The notes: generated from the letters alone by a model not told the origin. A stretch of DNA of 24,945 nt from a virus (IMGVR_UViG_3300047275_000379:1-24945), one strand, 5' to 3'; numbered from the stretch's first letter, positions 18,289 to 24,440 are shown. Made by a program: numbers and translations.

Positions 18289-19158
18289 CTACATCCACGG
18301 AAGGGGGTTCTTCTCAAAATCCTCATCACCAGGTTCGTGATGGTGCGCAAGAAGAGAAGAAGGGTGAAACAACTCTTTGTTTTCACCTTTTTTGCTACCC
18401 TTTGCAACTTTTATGAGCGCTTGCCATTCAGGGTGATTGGGGTCAGCAGGAGAAAGAATGGTTTCCATTTGCGGGTTCTTGCGGTCTTCTTTACCATTAA
18501 CGATTGGGTAGTAACGCTGTTTAGTGGCAATGCTAGGAATTGGGTCTTGCTTTGATTCCCAAAATTGACCACCAGTTTGGTAGCGTTTATCCGCACCGAT
18601 CATTTCCATGCCTTTAGCACGGATCATTTGACAACGTGGGTGGTTGCAACGACCCGCAGTTTCAAGAAGACTTAGACCCATTTGGTACTGAGGGGTGTCT
18701 TTGTGCTTACCAAAATAACCAGAGGCTGCTCCACCAATATCCCCCATGCCCACAGCGCCCCTACGTGGGAGAGACGACGCAGGATCGTCGCCAGATGACC
18801 CCATATCTACGCTGGTATCAATACCATACTGAGCGCCCTCAGAACGTGTTTGGTCAGTTGCCCCCAAAGTATCCGACAACGCAGAAATGTTAAATTCTTC
18901 TCCTGCTCCACTGGATTGCCGAGGAGTTCCTGCTCCTTTCAGTGTGTTGGTACCACCGCGCTTTGCTGCTCGCTGACGAGCGTAAGCGGGGTCAATGCGC
19001 TCATTCATCTTGCGCAGACCTTCAATTTGATCTGCGGTGAACACACCAGTCTCTTCGTTGCCTGATTCAATGTCAGACATGTCTTGTGCGGTAGGTCCAG
19101 CGATACCCTCAAACATGTGGGCAGAGCGTGACTTCTGTCGTAAGCGATCAATATCCAT
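18289..19158 (-). CDS. Hypothetical protein with C-terminal CxHxxC...HHH domain (paralog of 19361-19915)
   Basis: Shared domain from TAGRCxHPRC to HHHxPxDxxFEKxPLPW. Leaderless -10 TAAAAT at 19165-19170. Confidence 0.85.
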   Translation of the reverse strand: MDIDRLRQKSRSAHMFEGIAGPTAQDMSDIESGNEETGVFTADQIEGLRKMNERIDPAYARQRAAKRGGTNTLKGAGTPRQSSGAGEEFNISALSDTLGATDQTRSEGAQYGIDTSVDMGSSGDDPASSLPRRGAVGMGDIGGAASGYFGKHKDTPQYQMGLSLLETAGRCNHPRCQMIRAKGMEMIGADKRYQTGGQFWESKQDPIPSIATKQRYYPIVNGKEDRKNPQMETILSPADPNHPEWQALIKVAKGSKKGENKELFHPSSLLAHHHEPGDEDFEKNPLPWM

Positions 19159-19198
19159 TGATGTATTTTACCTTACTACTGGTAGGGGTGAGTGGGGC

Positions 19199-19351
19199 TT
19201 AGTCATCCTCGTAATGGTACATCTGCTGGTAATCACGGTCGTTGGAATTGAATTTCCGCAAACGACCCCTCTTGTCGTAGTACAGGATGTTCCCGTCATC
19301 GTCTGTGTACAGATCGTCGTCGGGGTCACTCCAATTTTGGGATGCTGGCAT
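19199..19351 (-). CDS. Small acidic protein, 50 aa (MPASQNWSDPDDDLYTDDDGNILYYDKRGR...)
   Basis: Not in the track. TAATAT lies 6 nt upstream of the ATG. Fills the gap between the paralogs. Confidence 0.7.
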   Translation of the reverse strand: MPASQNWSDPDDDLYTDDDGNILYYDKRGRLRKFNSNDRDYQQMYHYEDD

Positions 19352-19360
19352 ATACCTATA

Positions 19361-19915
19361 TTACTTCCACGGAAGGGGGTATTTTTCAAAGTTGTCATCT
19401 TCTGGACCGTGATGGTGTTCCAGAAGATCGGAGGGGTCGAACAGACCAGTTCCACCCTTTGCCTCTGTCGTGTGCTTCACCCATTCTGGGTGCTTTGGGT
19501 CTTTGGGTTTCAATGTCTGGATAATTTCAGGATTTGACCGATCTTGCTTCCCATTGCGAATAGGGTATGTCTTTTGATAAGAAGCAACACTGGGTATTGG
19601 TTCAGGTAGTTGATCCATGCTGAGGTGTGTGCCCTCAGACTTGAGAATGTCTAGCCCACGCTCTCGGATGGCATTACAACGTGGGTGCTGACAACGCCCC
19701 GCTGTGCGCAGGTAAAACGCAGCCTGAGAAGGGATGCGCGGGGGAGCACTAGGTTTTTCCACAGTGCCAGGTATTGATCGGCCTTGTCCCACTTGCCGTT
19801 TAAGTGCCCCTAAAGACTCTGTTGTTTCTTTTGACCTTGTTCTGGGCCTGTCCACTATTCCTTTGTAAGGTAGTGGGGTATCCCCAGAAAACATAGGGTC
19901 ATTACTAGAAGGCAT
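19361..19915 (-). CDS. Hypothetical protein with C-terminal CxHxxC...HHH domain (paralog of 18289-19158)
   Basis: Start MPSSND at 19915, with TATAAT 7 nt upstream. Confidence 0.85.
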   Translation of the reverse strand: MPSSNDPMFSGDTPLPYKGIVDRPRTRSKETTESLGALKRQVGQGRSIPGTVEKPSAPPRIPSQAAFYLRTAGRCQHPRCNAIRERGLDILKSEGTHLSMDQLPEPIPSVASYQKTYPIRNGKQDRSNPEIIQTLKPKDPKHPEWVKHTTEAKGGTGLFDPSDLLEHHHGPEDDNFEKYPLPWK

Positions 19916-19956
19916 ATGGTTTATTATATTACGGTAATGACCAGCAGGAGAGACGG

Positions 19957-20649
19957 ATGATCGTTGTAGGGGCCACAATAACTAACTTTGCCATGGCAGA
20001 CCCAAATCTGTGGGGGTCGTGGCTTAAAAACGCTGAAGCGATCAAAGCAAGCCATCCTGACGTTCGGTACTTCTGCGCTATCGAAACCGACAAACGGGGA
20101 CTGGAGCCGTTCCAGCCCTTGATTGACCGCCTTACCGAACTGGGAGGGGAGTATTGGTCGTATGTCCTTGATGATGGGCGCACTGAAGTCCACACTAAGA
20201 ACAGGGTGCGTCACATCTGTTTTGGGCGCAACATGATTGTGGAATACGCTTTCACCATGCAGGCAAGCCATATCCTGTACTTAGACGCTGACTGTTTCCC
20301 ACCAGACGACATCCTGCCGAAGTTACTGGAGACAGGACACCCTTTAGTTGCTTCCTTTATTCCTAGTTATTGTTTAACTGGTCCGCTGGACCCCGCCTAC
20401 CCGAACTACCCGATGATGGACACGTGGGCGTCAGCGGGGTCTTTGATGGCTGCGCGAGAGGTGTACGGGCGTATCCGTTGGCGTTGGGAGTGGGAGCCAG
20501 AGATGACCGATGACCCGTGCTACTACCACGACGCTAAAGATCTACTTGGGGTACACATGAGGGTACGAAAAGACGTAGTTACCCGCCACTACCCCGAGCA
20601 TGTGGTTGCTTTTGAGCGCCGTGGGCATGACGCTCATGTAGAACGCTAA
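19957..20649 (+). CDS. Glycosyltransferase, GT-A fold
   Basis: GRNMIVEYA...HILYLDAD (DxD), MTDDPCY and late TRHY motifs. SD AGGAG. The only credible plus-strand gene. Confidence 0.85.
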   Translation: MIVVGATITNFAMADPNLWGSWLKNAEAIKASHPDVRYFCAIETDKRGLEPFQPLIDRLTELGGEYWSYVLDDGRTEVHTKNRVRHICFGRNMIVEYAFTMQASHILYLDADCFPPDDILPKLLETGHPLVASFIPSYCLTGPLDPAYPNYPMMDTWASAGSLMAAREVYGRIRWRWEWEPEMTDDPCYYHDAKDLLGVHMRVRKDVVTRHYPEHVVAFERRGHDAHVER

Positions 20650-20874
20650 TTACTTCTTTTGCACCTTATCAAAAACCTCGTTGATCTCGTCGGCGTCCAA
20701 CTTGCCGTCATCCATGAAGGCACGGGCAAGCCCCTCAACCACGAACGCCACGCCGCCGATACCAGCCATCAGGCAGGCTTTCCACATGGGAACACCTGCA
20801 ATGGCACCAGCACCCATGACGGAGAGACCAGTAGAAGCGAATGCGGCGAGGATTCTAAGAAGGATTGTCTTCAT
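20650..20874 (-). CDS. Holin-like two-TM membrane protein
   Basis: MKTILLRILAAF..., two hydrophobic helices, charged tail DDGKLDADEINEVF. Confidence 0.6.
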   Translation of the reverse strand: MKTILLRILAAFASTGLSVMGAGAIAGVPMWKACLMAGIGGVAFVVEGLARAFMDDGKLDADEINEVFDKVQKK

Positions 20875-20977
20875 TGTCTTCACTTTCGACATCACGTGTA
20901 TCGGATGGTGTGAAGACGACTGGTAACAACAGCGAAATCAAACAGACTGTAGCGATGACAAAAGCAATGACAGCCAT
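20855..20977 (-). CDS. Single-TM microprotein, 40 aa (MAVIAFVIATVCLISLLLPVVFTPSDTRDVESEDNEDNPS)
   Basis: Not in the track. TACAAT lies 6 nt upstream of the ATG. Confidence 0.65.
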   Translation of the reverse strand: MAVIAFVIATVCLISLLLPVVFTPSDTRDVESEDNEDNPS

Positions 20978-20994
20978 GCGTCTATTGTACCAAG

Positions 20995-21067
20995 TGGGTA
21001 TGGTGGGGGTCGAACCCACACTGAAAGCATTTTAAGTGCTCCGCCTCTGCCTTTGGGCTACATACCC
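20995..21067 (-). tRNA. tRNA-Leu(UAA), short variable loop, CCA not encoded
   Basis: GGGTATG/CATACCC acceptor, GAGCA-CTTAAAA-TGCTT anticodon arm, GTGGG-TTCGACC-CCCAC T arm. Confidence 0.92.
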
Positions 21068-21121
21068 TTATTTACAGATCACCTCATAAGTGACAATAAC
21101 GGTGAGTCTTGTTATCACTTG

Positions 21122-21192
21122 CTGGAGGACAAGGGGTCGAACCTTGGCTAACAGATTCAAAGTCTGCTGTGCTGCCATTACACCATCCTCCA
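21122..21192 (-). tRNA. tRNA-Gln(UUG), CCA not encoded
   Basis: TGGAGGA/TCCTCCA acceptor, loop CTTTGAA, CAAGG-TTCGACC-CCTTG T arm. Confidence 0.95.
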
Positions 21193-21229
21193 ATACCCAC
21201 AAACTGAATAATAACTCTCAGTTTGTGAG

Positions 21230-21330
21230 ATGAATACTGGCGCTACGGTCCGCGCCTTAGCCTTCCTCGCCTTGCTCGTCAGCACACCACTAGAGTCATG
21301 GTGCTTAGGGGATTGGGTACCAGTATTCAT
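21230..21330 (-). ncRNA. Unidentified 101-nt structured RNA
   Basis: Perfect 11-bp closing stem ATGAATACTGG/CCAGTATTCAT. Internal AGCACCA...TGGTGTGCT hairpin. Confidence 0.5.
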
Positions 21331-21335
21331 ATTGC

Positions 21336-21400
21336 AGACCGATGAGGGGACTTCCCTCGCCTCTTTCCCCGAAGGAAAGCGTGCCCTACACCAATCGGCC
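21336..21400 (-). ncRNA. Minimal tRNA-Arg(UCG)-like cloverleaf with shrunken D and T loops
   Basis: GGCCGAT TG GTGT-AGG-GCAC G CTTTC-CTTCGGG-GAAAG AGGC GAGGG-AAGTC-CCCTC ATCGGTC T. Confidence 0.65.
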
Positions 21401-21402
21401 CT

Positions 21403-21467
21403 AACAGACTGGCTTAAGCCGACCCTAGAAATCGGATGCCTACATTGCTGTAAGCAGACAGTCTGTT
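21403..21467 (-). ncRNA. Unidentified 65-nt three-way-junction RNA
   Basis: P1 AACAGACUG/CAGUCUGUU, P2 UGCUUACA-GCAA-UGUAGGCA, P3 CCGAUUU-CUA-GGGUCGG. Confidence 0.6.
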
Positions 21468-21469
21468 TG

Positions 21470-21557
21470 CGGAGAGAGAGGGATTTGAACCCCCGATGGG
21501 CTACAAACCCATGCCTGTTTTCAAGACAGGTGCATTCAGCCGCTCTGCCATCTCTCC
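21470..21557 (-). tRNA. tRNA-Ser(UGA), long variable arm, CCA not encoded
   Basis: GGAGAGA/TCTCTCC acceptor, CCTGT-CTTGAAA-ACAGG anticodon arm, G73. Confidence 0.95.
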
Positions 21558-21613
21558 AGTAGACCAGCGCCCTGTACAGAGCCTCACCTAAGCGGTCAAC
21601 GCTGATCTTTAGG

Positions 21614-21689
21614 TGGTCCGAATGGAGGGACTTGAACCCCCGACCCCCTGCTCCCAAAGCAGGTGCGCTACCAACTGTGCTACATTCGG
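21614..21689 (-). tRNA. tRNA-Pro(UGG) with encoded CCA
   Basis: CCGAATG/CATTCGG acceptor, CCTGC-TTTGGGA-GCAGG anticodon arm, ACCA end. Confidence 0.95.
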
Positions 21690-21746
21690 CTATTCAGGCA
21701 TCGTTTCATACCGCAAACGACACTGTCAAGGGTCAATATACCCTAT

Positions 21747-21923
21747 TTAGCCACCGTTTCGGTAGAATCCCTTGCCTTTGAGTGCAATTACGGGTTCAAA
21801 ATAGAGTCTTTTCATGATTTTGCCACATTCAACGCAAATTTTTGGCAAAACTTCCACATCTTTGATGCTCCGCTGCTCTTCATGAACATGATTACTGGTG
21901 CATTTGTACGTGTAAGTAGGCAT
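21747..21923 (-). CDS. FmdB-family zinc-ribbon protein, 58 aa
   Basis: MPTYTYKC...H...CVECG..MKR......LKGKGFYRN. TGATG coupling sets the start. Confidence 0.85.
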   Translation of the reverse strand: MPTYTYKCTSNHVHEEQRSIKDVEVLPKICVECGKIMKRLYFEPVIALKGKGFYRNGG

Positions 21924-22255
21924 CAGTCGTTCCAATACACGTAGTGGGTCTTCTTTACACGAAAACCCTTCTTGGAAATGTGGTGTGTAGCGTCTTTCCA
22001 CATTGAGGATGGGCGTTTGATGAGTTCCTCGTCCTTGTCTACAGGCTCTACCTCATACACAGGGGCAAATAACTGCTTGTTCCACTTGACCGTGTGGGGA
22101 TAAGCGTACTGTTGAGCCTCTGTAAGGCTGTCGGAGGAGAACGCAAGGTCTTCTTTTGACCCAAATTGATGGGTTGGGTGGATGACTCCACCTTCAGGTA
22201 AAAACGCCCCAGTTCCGTGGAACAATGTAGGGTGAAGATGCTCAGATGCTGCCAT
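21923..22255 (-). CDS. Arr-like ADP-ribosyltransferase-fold protein
   Basis: LFHGT...L..G..I.P, LAFSS....A..YA, VYEVEP. Confidence 0.7.
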   Translation of the reverse strand: MAASEHLHPTLFHGTGAFLPEGGVIHPTHQFGSKEDLAFSSDSLTEAQQYAYPHTVKWNKQLFAPVYEVEPVDKDEELIKRPSSMWKDATHHISKKGFRVKKTHYVYWND

Positions 22256-22728
22256 TACAACCCCGAACGCTTCTCAAATTGCTCTGCTGCGGTCTTATCA
22301 TCGACCATACCGACCATCTTGTGGCTGCGGTACCCAACATTCTTGGGATCATAGACGATAATGGACCCGTCATCGTCCTTGTGACCGCCAAATCCTTCAC
22401 TCTGTGAGTGGTTCACCCAGAACTGGTCCAATGAGAGGTTAGGGTCTGCGGCGGTCGCGGCCTTAAAATGCTTGTTCAGAGGCGGAAGCAACGCTGCAAA
22501 AGAGTCACCACGGTTGATCTTTGTACCCTTACGGAGGCTTACCTCAACAACAGCAGGGCCAAACTCCCTCGCAACCTCTGGCTTAGAAGTTAAATAAACA
22601 CCAGATCCACCAGAACGCCCGTGACGCTCATGACCAAGAGAGAAACCTTCACGGGAGATAGCATCAGCAGCCTCTTCCGTGGTCCCGTGATAGAGGACTT
22701 TGTTTCCGAACTGCTTGTCGTTGAGCAT
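22255..22728 (-). CDS. PARP/diphtheria-toxin-clade ADP-ribosyltransferase-fold protein
   Basis: VLYHGT..AADAI..EGF, GSGVYLTS...A, IIVYDP. Leaderless TATACT at 22735-22740. Confidence 0.75.
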   Translation of the reverse strand: MLNDKQFGNKVLYHGTTEEAADAISREGFSLGHERHGRSGGSGVYLTSKPEVAREFGPAVVEVSLRKGTKINRGDSFAALLPPLNKHFKAATAADPNLSLDQFWVNHSQSEGFGGHKDDDGSIIVYDPKNVGYRSHKMVGMVDDKTAAEQFEKRSGL

Positions 22729-22742
22729 TTCCTAAGTATAGG

Positions 22743-23102
22743 TTAATTGATCTTTGTGATCCCGAAGAAAACAGGGATTTCCATCTCTGGGTCGATGTCC
22801 ATAGCCGAAGAGACGCGGTGGTGCCCGTCTGACAACTCGTAACTACCATCTGAATACCGAGAAACAGTGACAGGACGCTGTACGCCATGCTTTTTGATGC
22901 TGTCGTACAGTGACATTCCTTGAGTAGCGCTGTCTTCTTCGTGGTCGTCCATGTCCCTAGCATTTTCTATATGGCTCGGGATTGCGCTTCTAACCTGCGA
23001 CAGAGACCGCTTTTGGTACTTGATACTAGGAAGGTTTGCGAGGTCTTTTGCCTTCATACGACCCATGATGTGTGCCCATTGCGGACCGTCAAGTGCTGGC
23101 AT
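22743..23102 (-). CDS. ParB/sulfiredoxin-fold protein, 119 aa
   Basis: LYDSIKKHGVQRPVTV...YELSDGHHRVSSA. TAATG coupling sets the start at MPALDG (23102). Confidence 0.8.
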   Translation of the reverse strand: MPALDGPQWAHIMGRMKAKDLANLPSIKYQKRSLSQVRSAIPSHIENARDMDDHEEDSATQGMSLYDSIKKHGVQRPVTVSRYSDGSYELSDGHHRVSSAMDIDPEMEIPVFFGITKIN

Positions 23103-23524
23103 TATGCAAACCCTACAAAGTTGTTTGTGCCCCAACCAACGATTTCTTTTGGTTTGACGGGCTTTTTAGACACGTAAGTTTCCCGTGAGAATGTGTCATG
23201 AGGCTCATACTTACCAGGTGGGGTGGGGTGCCGTCGCTCCGCTTCCTCCGCCAGATTGATGATATCGGGGGAATGTTCGACAGAATAAATGGGCGCAAAC
23301 AACATCCCTGATTCATAAGCCTTTTTCGTGGCGTAGTTTTCAGCAATGTGCTTATTAGAGGTCATGTACACGACAGGACTAAAATCATTTGTATATTCAG
23401 CAGCACGAGAATAATAGAGTTTTCCTGATGCTGGTGCTTCAGGAGGATTGATTGTTTCTCCCTCACCAAAAAAATGTCCAGTTCCGTGAAACAATTCAGG
23501 ATGGAGATGGTCAGATGCTGGCAT
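23102..23524 (-). CDS. Arr-like ADP-ribosyltransferase-fold protein, paralog of 21923-22255
   Basis: LFHGTG...GETINP, VYMTSN...A..YA, LFAPIYSVE. Leaderless TATACT at 23531-23536. Confidence 0.7.
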   Translation of the reverse strand: MPASDHLHPELFHGTGHFFGEGETINPPEAPASGKLYYSRAAEYTNDFSPVVYMTSNKHIAENYATKKAYESGMLFAPIYSVEHSPDIINLAEEAERRHPTPPGKYEPHDTFSRETYVSKKPVKPKEIVGWGTNNFVGFA

Positions 23525-23566
23525 TTACCTAGTATAGGCTACTTAGAGTGGGGGCGACCTAGCACG

Positions 23567-24232
23567 TTACCCATTCCAGAAATCGTCTTCCACTTTGGAC
23601 TCAGCACGCATTTGCTGGCGCTTACTGCGACGTTTTTTGTTCAACTGCGTACCACGACGGAAAAATACTTCCTGTTCCGCACCAGCCGAAGCAATGATGT
23701 CCTCATGGGGAACTAGATAGATATGCAAACGCCCTCGGTTGATCGCAAGGTCTTTACTACGCCATCCTGTACGGACTGCTTCGGGCCATTCTGGGTCGAC
23801 AGAGCCACTAGCATAGCGAGCGCCCTTTGGAGGAGCGCCAAAGTGGTACACGGTAACGTGCGAGGGGATGCCAGTGCCCCGCATCGCCTCATGTTGCTGT
23901 TCTGCTACATCTTCGTTGACACGCCAACTCTCAGGGGCATCTTTGGGCTTTGTGGGGGTTTTCTGCAACCGAGCAACAGAAGGGTTCGGGTCCCAATGGC
24001 GATTGGGGTTCGCCATGTGAAGATCGTGCGTCATTAGGGTATGACTAGGGAATTGGCCCCTCTGGAACCACGCTGCATTTACCCAGTCATGTAATTCTTC
24101 TTGAGGAATACCGTCACGACTGTGCCCATACGCATGAAACTCTTTTTCAGTTTGACCAGGGTCAGGGCGGTTCAGGTTAGCCTGCCACTTGGAGTACCAA
24201 GACTCAAATTGGGGACTGTTAAGTGCTGGCAT
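23567..24232 (-). CDS. Divergent R-S-E-clade ADP-ribosyltransferase-like protein
   Basis: VTVYHFG...YASGS...GRLHIYLVPHEDII...EQEVF. Leaderless TATACT at 24239-24244. Confidence 0.55.
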   Translation of the reverse strand: MPALNSPQFESWYSKWQANLNRPDPGQTEKEFHAYGHSRDGIPQEELHDWVNAAWFQRGQFPSHTLMTHDLHMANPNRHWDPNPSVARLQKTPTKPKDAPESWRVNEDVAEQQHEAMRGTGIPSHVTVYHFGAPPKGARYASGSVDPEWPEAVRTGWRSKDLAINRGRLHIYLVPHEDIIASAGAEQEVFFRRGTQLNKKRRSKRQQMRAESKVEDDFWNG

Positions 24233-24246
24233 TGTTTAAGTATAGA

Positions 24247-24262
24247 TGTTCCACGTGGAACA
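24247..24262. promoter_or_regulatory. parS: Chromosomal-type parS site TGTTCCACGTGGAACA
   Basis: Perfect 16-bp intergenic palindrome of the TGTTNCACGTGNAACA type. Confidence 0.8.
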
Positions 24263-24269
24263 ATTTGGA

Positions 24270-24324
24270 ATGGGGCTATTGGGAGCGTTTTTCCTGGTTA
24301 GCGGATTTTCGGTATGGGGCTATT
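24270..24324. repeat. Direct repeat ATGGGGCTATT, two copies 44 bp apart
   Basis: Copies at 24270-24280 and 24314-24324. Confidence 0.6.
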
Positions 24325-24405
24325 TGGGGGTGTGCTGTTCGTTGGGGGGTAGGCCCTGCCACCCACGCCGACCAAGACGACGCGCTAACCATGGGGGGTG
24401 TCCCC

Positions 24406-24440
24406 ATCGTAGCACGCCGTCCTAGCCAGTGACGATTCCT
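24406..24440 (-). promoter_or_regulatory. Repeated promoter, copy 1: AGGAATCGTCACT-N16-TACGAT
   Basis: Same 13-mer and spacing as copy 2. Confidence 0.7.

Noticed and set aside
21068-21613. tRNA-associated HDV-like (theta), hammerhead or glmS ribozymes; tmRNA
   Set aside because: I could not find the catalytic-core sequences or nested pseudoknot by eye, and there is no tRNA-Ala-like domain or tag ORF.
21178-21657. 159-aa minus and 110-aa plus ORFs across the tRNA cluster
   Set aside because: They overlap clear tRNAs and structured RNA and are not protein-like.
21701-21746. Promoter for the tRNA cluster (TTGACA at 21724-21729)
   Set aside because: Good -35 but no TAnnnT at canonical spacing, so it is left uncalled.
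22212-22223. GTTCCGTGGAAC as a third parS (similar sequence near 23481)
   Set aside because: Lacks 2 central bases and is explained by FHGT codons.
16442-23102. Phage parABS partition system
   Set aside because: Both ParB-fold proteins lack an evident HTH or dimerisation domain and no ParA is in the window.
21923-23524. Rifampicin-resistance (arr) call for the Arr-like genes
   Set aside because: Only the NAD-binding core motifs match. Nothing supports rifamycin specificity.
24276-24392. 38-codon minus-strand ORF after promoter copy 1
   Set aside because: No SD, not at the leaderless distance, and it runs through low-complexity repeats.
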